In this document: positions 27,222 to 36,879 of the stretch, one piece after another
Position numbering within the stretch: the stretch's first letter is position 1
How the letters are laid out: each line of letters starts with the position of its first letter
Assembly: GCF_035631355.1 (NCBI RefSeq)
Contig: NZ_DASQIX010000001.1
Span: 17,011-81,010, forward strand
Direction of reading: 5' to 3'
Origin: Alloacidobacterium sp.
GTDB taxonomy: Bacteria; Acidobacteriota; Terriglobia; Terriglobales; Acidobacteriaceae
DNA length: 64,000 nucleotides
Program-made: the position numbers and the translations under genes
Notes under the pieces: generated by a model
Seen by the model: the letters and a program-made list of their open reading frames with translations, nothing else
The model's database searches: none
What the model was told of the DNA's origin: nothing

Positions 27222-27678
27222 TCAAGAATGGCGCATGGAGTAAACCCCATTTGGGTAATCCGTGACAATGCCGATCACCTCGGCAGGCAAAAGGGCCGTA
27301 ACAATCCACTGCGGGGCTCCCTGACCATGAGGGTATTGAATGTCAGGTTCCATTTGAGAGCTATGATCCACAAGAGGCCGTACTTTCACCAGCCTCTCAA
27401 GGCCGGTCGTGGACCAGGTTGCTGCTGCTTCCGCCTTGAGCCTTTTCTATGTTCAGATCAGTGGGCGTCTTAAAGCGGTGGGTCGCTACATTCGTATGCC
27501 CTGCAAGCTGAAACTGCTGCAGAGTTGGCAATCTGGTTAAAGAGACCACAGTGATTCCCTTGGAAAACCGCCCGGGATGGAATCCAAGAATTTTTTCGAT
27601 CTCTCTCAAGCTCCTGCCTGCAATAAATTTGTTCTTCGTGAAGCAGCCTGAGACTTGAATAACCTCCCCGATCTTCAT
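27222..27678 (-). pseudogene. Frameshifted gene for a 151-aa hypothetical protein with a possible NAD-glycohydrolase-toxin-like motif
   Basis: GGGAGG SD plus ATG 27678. Removing one G at about 27441-27442 (AAG-G-CTC) gives one open frame ending TGA at 27222, 5 nt from the kdsC stop: ..IEKLKAEAAATWSTTGLERLVKVRP..YPHGQGAPQWIV.. Confidence 0.7.
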
Positions 27679-27744
27679 CCAATGCCTCCCTGATGCGGTC
27701 AGATGATGTCACGATCGAGATGGGTTCGGCAAGGTGAAAGAGCA

Positions 27745-30486
27745 CTACTGCACAGACTGAGTTTGTTTTTCCGGGACAAGTCTGATTGGTCCAATAATCC
27801 CCGACGGCAGAGGCTTCAGATTTTCCATGTCCTGCGGAGTGAACTTCTCTCCGTATCGCAGGTTGAGCAGCCGGTAATCTGGCAGAGATCGTCCCGCAAG
27901 GGTATTGATCGCGGTATTAGCGACCTCAATCTCCAGATGGTTCTTGCCAGCGTGGAGAAATGCGGTCACATCGAGATGGTAAGGCGGACGCCAGACCAAG
28001 CCGGCTTTCTGCCCATTGACGGAAACCAGCGCCACCTCGCGCACGGGACTTTCCAGCAGCGCGTGCATTCCCGGCTTCTCCCGATCGCCGGGAGGCAGCG
28101 GCTTGCCCTCCCCGAAATCCAGGAAATAATGCCTGCCGCTGCCGAGCACATTTGCAGGAAGCTCAAAGTCCCGCGAGTAGATGGCATGGCCTGAGAAATA
28201 CCGTGTCGCCTGTGTATCGGTCCACGATTCGAGCGACGGCATGGATAAGTTGCGATGAAGAGCCGGGAATGTAACCTGCCAGTCGTGGCTCAGGTCTATT
28301 TCTGCGCTGGAAATCTGTTGCCCGCGCCAGCGTTCCGGCAATGAGACTGAGCCATCGTGAAAGACCAGCACTCGCGATTCGTACGGCGCAAGATGTAAGT
28401 CCTCATCCGCCCTATAACTTTTGCCAGAGAAAGCATCCCACTCCTCAGCGCTCGACCACTGCGTCGCAAAATGCGCCTTCACAGAAACCGTATGATTGCT
28501 GGTGTTGGCGATGAAATAGACATCGGCAAAAGGCAGCTTACGGCGGATAAATCCAATTTCAGGAGTGGGCATGTCGAGTTGCATATCCGGCGCGGCTGCC
28601 TTCTTCAACAGGCTTCCTGTTTCACCATCGCTGGCGGCGAAAACCCATCCCGTCTCATGGGAAAGTTTCTGCGAGAGCGCCTCGATCTGTGGCGTATCAG
28701 CTTTGGCCTCGCGCAATCCGGGAGCATGTTCTGGGAGGCGTCCTACCGCAACCACCTTCCCGCCGTTCTGCACATACGCGGCAATCTGCTGCAAAGTCGT
28801 AAGTGGTATGCGATCCACGTGTGGCAGCACCAGCACCGGATAGTGAATGCCTAGCTTGTTGATCGCCTCTGCATCGATGTAGTCAAGGTTGTAGCCCGCA
28901 TCCATGATGCTCGCTGTCAGCTCCGACGTGATGTAGTTGTGCATTTCCTCCGTCACGCCAACGTGGCCGGGAGTGAAGCTAGCCTGCGCGTCATCTGTGG
29001 GAATATAGACGGCCACTTGGTTCGCCGGTCGGCCCTGCCGCAGCAGGAAGCTCAAGCGTTGCAGATAAGCGGTAATCTCCGGCATTACCGGCCACCACGG
29101 ATTGTGCTGGTTGAAGACTGCCGCCGCGTAGAACGCATATCCCGGCTCGCCCGCATAGGCGGGCGAATAAGGCCACCCATGTCCGACAAACTGGTTCACG
29201 CCTTCAAGGAAGAAGCCGTCGGCCTCAGCTTTCATGTCCAGCGGTACCGCGCGAAACGCTGGAGAGTGCAACCATGTCCACGATTCTGCCGATGTAACAT
29301 CGCGGCCATAAAGATGGCTCGCAGAGGTTGCCCAGCGCGTATAGGAAAAGCTGCGCCACTGCGGTCCCTCGCCCTCAGGCAGGTCAACCAGATCATTGCT
29401 CGAAAGCGTGACCGCCGGTTCGCCATAGGTCTGCGAGCGAAACAGCGTGTGGTGCTGGTGCGCCCATGCGGTCAGCGGCTCGAGGTAATGTTGGTCGATC
29501 AACTCGGCCAGGGTTTCGCCCCAATCGTGTCGGACGCTCTTAGCCAAATCATCTTTACCCGCAAAAAGTTCCGGCAGATATGGAGTCAGGTCATAGCCGC
29601 GCCGTTTCTGGAATTCGCTCAGGAAGTCCGGCGTCCAATCCGAGCCGTATACTTCGAGGCTGTCGCTGAAGACGGAGTACGGTGGCTGGTCCCCGAAGAC
29701 CCGCATCAATGGCTCGCCGGCATATTGCAGATGGTTGTCGATGGCTGCGCGGTCAAAGTGGTCGAGAACAAATCCTTCGGCGCCAACCGCGGCGCGCTTT
29801 ACCTGCTGTCCGGTGCGGCTGCTGATGAAGAACAAGACCGTACGCTGATCATTCATCGCAGCCAGAGACACAGAGTGAGCATCAGCTTCAGCAGGCAGAG
29901 TAATCTGCTTCGCTGCCGCAGAGTCATAATCCGCTGCTGTGCCTGCAACAACAAAAGCCGCAATCATCTTCTCACCGTTTTCAAGAGCAGGTAGTGGTAC
30001 GCGGTCGGCACCTGCAGGCAGAGAAGCCATAGCCAGCCGCAGTTTTCCCGCAGCCTGGGTGATGGGAACATGCGGCCCGCCATAAGGCCATCCGCTGCCG
30101 AGGGTAATGCTTACGCGCAGACCAAGCTGGCGTGCGGTCTGATTGGCAAAACTCACCTCATGGAGAAAATCATCGGAGAGATACGGCGTGTTGCGGATGC
30201 CCATTGCCGGTTCGTCCAGCGCCAGCGCATACACGGGCTGAATTTCAACCCCGCCGACGCCGCCTTCTTTCATTGTGCGCAGCTCGCGCGCCAGTTCATC
30301 ATCCTCGACCGCAGGGCCGAACCACCACCAGCGCATCCAGATGCGCGCATCGTCGGGAGGGATGAGAAAATTCTGTCGCAGCGAGTCGACCGAATTGACC
30401 TGAACCTGCGCTGGGGCCTGCGCCCGGCTGCACACTGGCCATAACAAAGCAGCCAGCAGAAGAGAGCTGGAGATCCGCGTGATCAT
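27745..30486 (-). CDS. Secreted glycoside hydrolase family 106-like (alpha-L-rhamnosidase-like)
   Basis: Signal peptide; MRWWWFG, GGVGGVEI, GSGWPYGG, FSDSLE, AESWTW, HGWPYS; C-terminal LEIEVANT..SGIIGP sugar-binding domain. Confidence 0.8.
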   Translation of the reverse strand: MITRISSSLLLAALLWPVCSRAQAPAQVQVNSVDSLRQNFLIPPDDARIWMRWWWFGPAVEDDELARELRTMKEGGVGGVEIQPVYALALDEPAMGIRNTPYLSDDFLHEVSFANQTARQLGLRVSITLGSGWPYGGPHVPITQAAGKLRLAMASLPAGADRVPLPALENGEKMIAAFVVAGTAADYDSAAAKQITLPAEADAHSVSLAAMNDQRTVLFFISSRTGQQVKRAAVGAEGFVLDHFDRAAIDNHLQYAGEPLMRVFGDQPPYSVFSDSLEVYGSDWTPDFLSEFQKRRGYDLTPYLPELFAGKDDLAKSVRHDWGETLAELIDQHYLEPLTAWAHQHHTLFRSQTYGEPAVTLSSNDLVDLPEGEGPQWRSFSYTRWATSASHLYGRDVTSAESWTWLHSPAFRAVPLDMKAEADGFFLEGVNQFVGHGWPYSPAYAGEPGYAFYAAAVFNQHNPWWPVMPEITAYLQRLSFLLRQGRPANQVAVYIPTDDAQASFTPGHVGVTEEMHNYITSELTASIMDAGYNLDYIDAEAINKLGIHYPVLVLPHVDRIPLTTLQQIAAYVQNGGKVVAVGRLPEHAPGLREAKADTPQIEALSQKLSHETGWVFAASDGETGSLLKKAAAPDMQLDMPTPEIGFIRRKLPFADVYFIANTSNHTVSVKAHFATQWSSAEEWDAFSGKSYRADEDLHLAPYESRVLVFHDGSVSLPERWRGQQISSAEIDLSHDWQVTFPALHRNLSMPSLESWTDTQATRYFSGHAIYSRDFELPANVLGSGRHYFLDFGEGKPLPPGDREKPGMHALLESPVREVALVSVNGQKAGLVWRPPYHLDVTAFLHAGKNHLEIEVANTAINTLAGRSLPDYRLLNLRYGEKFTPQDMENLKPLPSGIIGPIRLVPEKQTQSVQ

Positions 30487-30767
30487 TACGCCGACTGAAG
30501 AAACGCGACTGACTGAACGCCCGCTACTTCAAACCGCTTACGGCAGCGGATGTTTTTGCACGCCACCATATCGTCCTTCCGCACCATGTAGGATTGCGCC
30601 TTGGCAAAACGCGCGCGGTCTCGCTCGTCGGCATGGCGCGGCAGCGAATTGCGCTTGCGCCGCACCAGCCATGAGAGCTGGTACTCGTCTGCCTTGCCGC
30701 AGTGCGGACAGGTGAGCGTATGGCTGCGCTGTTCATTCTGCTCGTTGAAAAAGTCGCGTTCTTCCAT
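30486..30767 (-). CDS. Small zinc-ribbon protein (93 aa)
   Basis: CPHC and CKNIRC pairs; AAGGGG SD; TAATG overlap with the GH106 start. Confidence 0.75.
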   Translation of the reverse strand: MEERDFFNEQNEQRSHTLTCPHCGKADEYQLSWLVRRKRNSLPRHADERDRARFAKAQSYMVRKDDMVACKNIRCRKRFEVAGVQSVAFLQSA

Positions 30768-30857
30768 AGCAATTTGCCCCTTCACTGACGACGAAAGTAT
30801 TTCATACTGGTCGAGCAACCGGAAATCATTGAGCCGGTTATTGCCGGAAGAGCAAAC

Positions 30858-31031
30858 ATGATCAAGAAGAAGGCAAAGAAGTTTTCCACCGTTAAAGCTG
30901 TCAAAACGAATGCGCGCGCGCGCGTCGGCCAGCCCAAAGCCGGGCGTATTATTGCTGACAAGCCGCGCGAAGAGCGCCGCAAGGCGAAGCACAAGACGAC
31001 GCTCGGCGAAATTCTCAACAGCGAGGAATGA
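30858..31031 (+). CDS. Small basic protein (57 aa), below the ORF-track cutoff
   Basis: MIKKKAKKFSTVKAVKTNARARVGQPKAGRIIADKPREERRKAKHKTTLGEILNSEE. It fills the gap divergent from the Zn-ribbon gene and its stop abuts the VOC start. Confidence 0.7.
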   Translation: MIKKKAKKFSTVKAVKTNARARVGQPKAGRIIADKPREERRKAKHKTTLGEILNSEE

Positions 31032-31033
31032 AT

Positions 31034-31393
31034 ATGGCAAAGGCAATCGGCTTTGGCGGAGCATTCGTCCGCGCTCGCGATCCGAAAGCTCTCTATGCCT
31101 GGTATGAACAGCATCTCGGACTCAAGTCCCAGGGCTGCTTTATCTTCCCTGCAAAAGAGCAGCAGGCAGACACTGTCGTCTCTTTTTTCGGGAAGGACGA
31201 CGGCTATTTTCCGACGCAACAACCAGCCATGCTTAATTTTCAGGTCGACGATCTTGACGCCATTCTCGATGCGCTGATTGCAGCCGGAGTGGAGGTTGAT
31301 CAGAAACGAGAGACCTATGAATATGGCCGCTTTGGATGGTTCATGGACCCGGAGGGAAACCGGGTGGAATTGTGGCAACCTAGCACAGCATAA
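31034..31393 (+). CDS. VOC/glyoxalase family protein
   Basis: GFGGAFVRARDPKALYAWY, MLNFQVDDLD, YGRFGWFMDPEGNRVELWQP. Confidence 0.9.
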   Translation: MAKAIGFGGAFVRARDPKALYAWYEQHLGLKSQGCFIFPAKEQQADTVVSFFGKDDGYFPTQQPAMLNFQVDDLDAILDALIAAGVEVDQKRETYEYGRFGWFMDPEGNRVELWQPSTA

Positions 31394-31452
31394 GTCAGAT
31401 GGTTTCTTAAGGCAATCTTCAGCGTGTGCCTGATACAGTCAAAAAAGCACAT

Positions 31453-32271
31453 ATGTTTTTGAGGCTCATCCTTCCCCTTTTGTGTCTTGGTTGCGCATCT
31501 TCTGTGTGGGCGCAAACATCGCCTGACGACTGCACGGCGCACACGCCCAAGCCATGTATCACCCATGTTCTGCAGGATGAGGTTGGAATCGTGACCAGTC
31601 CGCTGCGCGTCAAAGCAAAGGATTTTTTCTGGATCGCTCCCTTTGGTGTCGCCACCGGTTTTGCCATCGATTATGACGCCCATATGATGCGCGACCTCGG
31701 GTCGAATCCCAGCCGCGAAGACAAATTTAAGAAGTTTTCGGACTACACCACCTATGGAGCGTCTGCCGCTCCCGTTATCGGTTACCTGGTTGCCGCAGGC
31801 ACCCACAACGACTACTTACAGGAATCGTCCGTTCTGGCGGGCGAAGCGACCATCGATGCGATCATCCTCAACGAGGCCCTGAAGTATGCCATTGACCGCG
31901 AGCGCCCCAATCAGGGCGACGGTACGGGACGCTTCTGGCCGCACGGTCCTTCGACGTGGCCCGATGGTCAATCGATGCCGTCCAATCACAGCATCATTAT
32001 GTGGTCGTTCGCGCGCGTTATCGCCGGCCAATATAATACCCCGGCTACAAAGATCGCTGTCTATTCGCTGGCTGGGGCTGTGTCGGTATCGCGTGTTCTC
32101 GCGCGCGATCATTTTCCCTCGGACGTGATTGTGGGCAGCACCTTTGGTTACTTTATTGGAGACTATGTCTTCCGCCATCGGTCGCGGCAGGCTAGTCTGT
32201 TTTCGCTCTCAGCCGTGAACACGGCCAACGGAAGGGGAGTGCAGTTGGACATCAATCTGGGACGGCGCTAG
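31453..32271 (+). CDS. PAP2 family phosphatase, exported
   Basis: K..IDRERP, SMPSNH, SRVLARDHFPSDV; signal peptide. Confidence 0.85.
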   Translation: MFLRLILPLLCLGCASSVWAQTSPDDCTAHTPKPCITHVLQDEVGIVTSPLRVKAKDFFWIAPFGVATGFAIDYDAHMMRDLGSNPSREDKFKKFSDYTTYGASAAPVIGYLVAAGTHNDYLQESSVLAGEATIDAIILNEALKYAIDRERPNQGDGTGRFWPHGPSTWPDGQSMPSNHSIIMWSFARVIAGQYNTPATKIAVYSLAGAVSVSRVLARDHFPSDVIVGSTFGYFIGDYVFRHRSRQASLFSLSAVNTANGRGVQLDINLGRR

Positions 32272-32272
32272 A

Positions 32273-33106
32273 TCAATGCGTAGCCTGCGCTTTGCGAGGC
32301 CGTTTCTTCGAGGCAGGAACGACGCTGGAGAGTCTCCCAGCTCTTTCGGAACGCAGGGCCCGCCGCAGCGCCTCCACCTCGTTCGGCGCAAGTTCGCGTA
32401 CTTCGCCGGGCGCAACATCCAGCACGAGCGCACCATAACCAACACGGCGAATCTTCTCCACATGATGCCCGATCTCTTCAAACATCTTGCGAATCTCGCG
32501 GTTGCGGCCTTCAATCAAGGTCACTTCGTACCAGGGATTTTCGGCGTCACGCACCAGCCTGATTTCTGCGGGGGCTGTCATCACGCGTCCCTCGCGCGAC
32601 CCCGGTTTGCCGCGTTCAATCATGATGCCTGACCGTAATTGATCAAGCCCGGCTGCGCTGGGCCTGCCGCTGATTTTCACCAGATAGACCTTCTCGACCT
32701 TCGCCGATGCCCGCGTCAGAGCGTTCGCCAGCTCGCCGTCGTTGGTCATCAGCAGCAGTCCCTCACTCTGATAGTCGAGACGGCCTACAGGAAAGACTCG
32801 TACGCCTGCGCGCTCGACAAACTTCATGACTGTGGGACGGCCCTCGGGATCGCTGGCTGTCGTGACGTAACCCTTAGGCTTGTTCAGCATCAGATAGCGG
32901 AGCTGCTGCGCCCCATGCAGCAGCTTGCCATCAACGCGGATGTGGTCGCGTTCGGGATCGGCCTTCGTGCCCAGTTCAGTGACGGTCTGACCATTCACCT
33001 GCACGCGGCCATTCAGAATCAGTTCCTCTGCCATACGGCGAGAAACAATGCCGGCCTGGGCAATGATCTTTTGCAGCCTGACCGTATTACTGGCGGGCCC
33101 ATTCAT
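32273..33106 (-). CDS. rluB: rRNA pseudouridine synthase (RluB/RsuA family)
   Basis: S4 domain RLQKIIAQAGIVSRR, LNKPKG, VGRLD, EGRNREIRKMF; lies downstream of scpB. Confidence 0.88.
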   Translation of the reverse strand: MNGPASNTVRLQKIIAQAGIVSRRMAEELILNGRVQVNGQTVTELGTKADPERDHIRVDGKLLHGAQQLRYLMLNKPKGYVTTASDPEGRPTVMKFVERAGVRVFPVGRLDYQSEGLLLMTNDGELANALTRASAKVEKVYLVKISGRPSAAGLDQLRSGIMIERGKPGSREGRVMTAPAEIRLVRDAENPWYEVTLIEGRNREIRKMFEEIGHHVEKIRRVGYGALVLDVAPGEVRELAPNEVEALRRALRSERAGRLSSVVPASKKRPRKAQATH

Positions 33107-34110
33107 GACTCGCGTTCCACCGGCTCTGCCTCAGCAGGCTCGTTGATGATCTCGGCGTCTTCGCCTTCAATCTCCACATCTACGGCAACGCCGGGAATGT
33201 CTTCAGCTTCGTCCTCAGGTTCCTCCGCCATTTCAACAGCAGCATGTGCGCGGGCTTCTTCATCTTCTATGCTCTCATCCGCCATGTCCTCGATGATGCC
33301 TTCTTCGTTCGGCGCGGCGATGCCTTCGGCGAAAGGTAGCTCTTCGGGTTCCGCCAGCTCGCCCGCCGCCATCTTCTCGAACTCTTCAATCGATGGCAGC
33401 TCGTTCAAGTCTTTCAACCCGAAGCGCATCAGGAATTCCTTAGTGGTCTTGTAGAGGATCGGCCTGCCGATCACCTGTTTGCGTCCGGCAGTAGTGATGA
33501 GCTTGCGGCTGATGAGCGAGCCAATCACGCCGGCTGAATCCACGCCGCGAATCTCGCTGACTTCTGGGGCGGTAACGGGCTGCTTGTAGGCAATGACCGC
33601 CAGAGTTTCCAATGCCTGCAACGACAGCTTCATCGGCGGTTTCAGGCTCTTCACAAATCCACGCACCGCATCGTGATACTCGGGCTTCGTGGTCACGCGA
33701 TAGCCGCCTGCGATTTCGCGGACCTCCATGCCGCGGTCGCCTTCCGCATAGTCAGCTATTAGTTCGCCGATAATCCGGCGAAGTTCCTCGCGCACCTCGC
33801 GGTCACGCTGCCGCGTTGCCCGCTTCTCGTCTTCATGAGGCGCCAAAGGCGGTTCTCCGGCATCGTGCGCCGCCATCACCGCCGCTTCTTCCACGGTCAA
33901 GGGCACAACTTCTTCTTCGGGAATCAATACCCCGTCAGGCTCTATGCTGAGCGCAACGACGACTTCATTCGCCGGCTCCAATGTTTGCGCGGCCTCGCGC
34001 GAGCGCTTCTCTTCCAGTGCCTCATCGGCGAACAGACCAGCCAGCGCGGCCAGCGTCACCGGTTCCTCCGCGGCATAGATGACCGCTTCAATTTTTGCTT
34101 TTAGACTCAT
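33103..34110 (-). CDS. scpB: SMC-Scp complex subunit ScpB
   Basis: KAKIEAVIYAAEEP, EIAGGYR, LETLAVIAYKQPVT, GRPILYKTTKEFL..FGL; acidic N-terminal insertion and tail. Confidence 0.93.
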   Translation of the reverse strand: MSLKAKIEAVIYAAEEPVTLAALAGLFADEALEEKRSREAAQTLEPANEVVVALSIEPDGVLIPEEEVVPLTVEEAAVMAAHDAGEPPLAPHEDEKRATRQRDREVREELRRIIGELIADYAEGDRGMEVREIAGGYRVTTKPEYHDAVRGFVKSLKPPMKLSLQALETLAVIAYKQPVTAPEVSEIRGVDSAGVIGSLISRKLITTAGRKQVIGRPILYKTTKEFLMRFGLKDLNELPSIEEFEKMAAGELAEPEELPFAEGIAAPNEEGIIEDMADESIEDEEARAHAAVEMAEEPEDEAEDIPGVAVDVEIEGEDAEIINEPAEAEPVERES

Positions 34111-34208
34111 GCTTTACGGGACAGGATACGCCCGAAAATGAAACGGCGCTCCGGTTCTCTTTGATACTACCGAAGCGCCGCGAATCGCGTCAGGGGATGG
34201 TCTGTTGA

Positions 34209-35837
34209 TTAGTGGACGAACTGCCGCAACGTCCAGAAAATTCCGCCCGCCAAAAGCGCCGCCGCCGGCAGGGTAAACACCCACGCCAGCGCAATATTCC
34301 GGATGGTTGAAAGCTGCAGCCCGCTGCCATTTGCCATCATGGTTCCCGCGATGCCGGAGGACAACACATGGGTTGTCGAAACCGGCATCTTGAACTGATC
34401 AGCTGCGATAATCGTGCAGGCAGCCACGATTTCCGCCGATGCACCCTGCGCGTAGGTCAAATGCTCCTTGCCGATCTTCTCCCCGACCGTGACCACGATG
34501 CGCTTCCACCCGACCATTGTGCCTAGGCCTAGCGCCAGCGCAACGGCAACCTTCACCCATGAGGGAATGAACTTGGTCGAATTGTCCAGATGTTTCTTAT
34601 AATTCGCCAGCACAGCATTTTCGGCTGCCGTGAAGGCCATCGAATTACTCTTCGCCATCAGCCGCAGCGCTTCGCTTTCCACATACATATCGTTGCGCAC
34701 GTTCTGCTGTTGCCCGTTTGGCACAGTAGCGAGTGATTTGTATTGTTGTACTTCGTCTGAAATCTCGATGGCCAGCTGGCGTGCCGCCAGCGCTGTCGTC
34801 GGCGTGTACTGCTTGGTGCGAATGTAGTCTGTCAGGTCGTTACGCGCGTCATCCATCACCGCGTTCGGCGAGACATAGCCGCCCAGCACATGCGCCGCCT
34901 GCTCCGATACAGCGACGAAGTCCGGCACTTGCCCGAAACCGATTGCATGGTTCAGAGCATATGCCGTCGGGACGGTGCCAATCAGGATCAACATGATCAG
35001 CCCCATGCCCTTCTGCCCGTCATTCGATCCATGCCCGAAGCTCACGCCGGTGCAGGTGAGAATCAGCAATCCGCGAATCCAGAAAGGCGGCGGCTCGTTG
35101 CCCTTTGGCGACTCATACAGCGCCTTGTCCTTGATGAGGAACTTCAGAATCAGCAGTAGCAGCGCCGCGCAGACAAAGCCTACCAAGGGCGAGATCAGCA
35201 GCACCCGGAAGACGTTTGACACCTGCGTCCAGTCCACCCCGCTGGTGCCGTTGCGTCCACCCATCATCTGATTCGCGATGCCCACTCCGATGATCGACCC
35301 GATCAGCGTATGCGAGCTTGAGGCCGGCAGGCCCAGCGACCACGTCGCCAGGTTCCACAGGATTGCCGAAATCAGCAGCGCGAAGACCATGGCGAAGCCC
35401 GCGCCCTTGCCGACCTGCAAAATCAACTCCACCGGCAGCAGCGCAAGGATCGAGAATGCCACGCCACCCGACGAGGTCAACACGCCGATCAGGTTCCACG
35501 CCCCCGACCACACCACGGCCACATGCGGTTCCAGAGAATGCGTATAGATCACGGTGGCCACTGCATTCGCCGTATCATGAAAGCCGTTGACAAACTCGAA
35601 GCCCAGCGCAATCAGCAGCGCAATGCCCAGCAGCAGATATGGCCATGCGCTTTCGAGGTGAGTACCAGCAAGGTCGTTGGCCAGATGCGCGCCAGCATAG
35701 CCCAGCCCCGCCAGCAGCACGCCGCCGAAAATCAGCGAGCCAATCAGCCCGGGAGGTCTCTTGATTTTCTGATCGAGAAGACTTTCAGCAGGCGAAACGG
35801 TTCCGGGGGAAAGGGCAACAGAGGCGGCTTCATCCAT
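34209..35837 (-). CDS. pit: Inorganic phosphate transporter, PiT family
   Basis: GFHDTANAVAT, GLPASSSH, HGSNDGQKGMG, PVSTTH. Confidence 0.92.
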   Translation of the reverse strand: MDEAASVALSPGTVSPAESLLDQKIKRPPGLIGSLIFGGVLLAGLGYAGAHLANDLAGTHLESAWPYLLLGIALLIALGFEFVNGFHDTANAVATVIYTHSLEPHVAVVWSGAWNLIGVLTSSGGVAFSILALLPVELILQVGKGAGFAMVFALLISAILWNLATWSLGLPASSSHTLIGSIIGVGIANQMMGGRNGTSGVDWTQVSNVFRVLLISPLVGFVCAALLLLILKFLIKDKALYESPKGNEPPPFWIRGLLILTCTGVSFGHGSNDGQKGMGLIMLILIGTVPTAYALNHAIGFGQVPDFVAVSEQAAHVLGGYVSPNAVMDDARNDLTDYIRTKQYTPTTALAARQLAIEISDEVQQYKSLATVPNGQQQNVRNDMYVESEALRLMAKSNSMAFTAAENAVLANYKKHLDNSTKFIPSWVKVAVALALGLGTMVGWKRIVVTVGEKIGKEHLTYAQGASAEIVAACTIIAADQFKMPVSTTHVLSSGIAGTMMANGSGLQLSTIRNIALAWVFTLPAAALLAGGIFWTLRQFVH

Positions 35838-35964
35838 GGACGATCGGCTCCAGAATTGTGCGTGCAAGCACACTATCAGGGCCGCCCGGGATCATGTGTA
35901 AAAATGACCCCGAAATCTTTGTTAATTTTCGATGAATACGCTGCATTTTCTGTGCAGTGGAGCG

Positions 35965-36870
35965 CTAGGTCCAGTCGTCCCGCGCTTGGCTCATGCGCTC
36001 CGTCATGACCTGCTCAAAATCGGCATGTTTTTTGACGAAAATGTCGCCGAAATTGCGCTCCTGACGCAGCAAAATGGCCTGTAATCGCACCAGTTCGAGC
36101 AGTGCCAGAAACATGGCAATTAGAGTCTTTTCGGATTTTGCATGCCCCAGCAGCTTCCGCAGGGCTACCGGCTTGTCTTCGGTAATCAGCCGCCGCCGCA
36201 CATAATCAATCATCTGGCCCACGGTCACAGCGTCCTCTTCCACATCGAGCACAGGCCGCTGCTTCAGCCGGTCAAGAATTTCGCGGAAGACGCGCACCAG
36301 ATCGACCGTGTCGGCAGCAATTTCCTGCTCAGTGCCCTCATCGTGGCGAAACTCTTTCAGCGAGGGATTCGACCACGTTGATTCCTCGATGACCTGTTTC
36401 TGCGCCAGCATCTGAGCAGCGTTTTTAAAGCGCTCGTGCTCCAGCAGGCGCTCTACCAGCTCGCGTCGCGGGTCTTCCGTTTCGCCTTCGGATGTTTCTA
36501 CGGGCGAGCGCGGCAGCAGCATCTTGCTCTTGATGTGAATCAGCAGCGACGCCATGTAGATAAAGTCGCCCGCTGTGTCCACATCTGTGGCCTTCAATTG
36601 CTCGACATAGGCCAGGAACTGCGCCGTAATTATTGCAATCGGGATGTCATAGATGTCGATGTCCTGCTTGCGAATCAGGTCGAGTAGCAGGTCTAGGGGT
36701 CCGTCATATACCTTGCCGACGGTGACGGAGAAGGGGAAGGCGCTGTCTTTTTTCCTTGCGGATCGAGAGTCTGTCTGAGTTGAGTCCTGCGAAGATTCCA
36801 CTCTTTGCTTTGCAAAGGATGGGGCACCCAGGTTTTGGGAATCCTGCTCAGGTTTCATTTCTTCTGTCAT
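35965..36870 (-). CDS. scpA: Segregation and condensation protein A
   Basis: YDGPLDLLLDLIRKQDIDIYDIPI, LIHIKSKMLLP, DPRRELVERLLEHE, FLALLELVR. Confidence 0.93.
   Translation of the reverse strand: MTEEMKPEQDSQNLGAPSFAKQRVESSQDSTQTDSRSARKKDSAFPFSVTVGKVYDGPLDLLLDLIRKQDIDIYDIPIAIITAQFLAYVEQLKATDVDTAGDFIYMASLLIHIKSKMLLPRSPVETSEGETEDPRRELVERLLEHERFKNAAQMLAQKQVIEESTWSNPSLKEFRHDEGTEQEIAADTVDLVRVFREILDRLKQRPVLDVEEDAVTVGQMIDYVRRRLITEDKPVALRKLLGHAKSEKTLIAMFLALLELVRLQAILLRQERNFGDIFVKKHADFEQVMTERMSQARDDWT
36796..36830 (-). repeat. GGGTGCCCC-family REP-like element inside the scpA coding sequence
   Basis: Minus strand TGGGTGCCCCATCCTTTGC-AAA-GCAAAGAGTGGAA, translated as LGAPSFAKQRVE. Confidence 0.65.
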
Positions 36871-36879
36871 TGTGCCGCT

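Noticed and set aside
27436-27450. Programmed -1 frameshift at GAAAAG
   Set aside because: The frame repair needs +1, the site is not a canonical X-XXY-YYZ heptamer, and I saw no stimulatory structure; mutation or sequencing error is more parsimonious.
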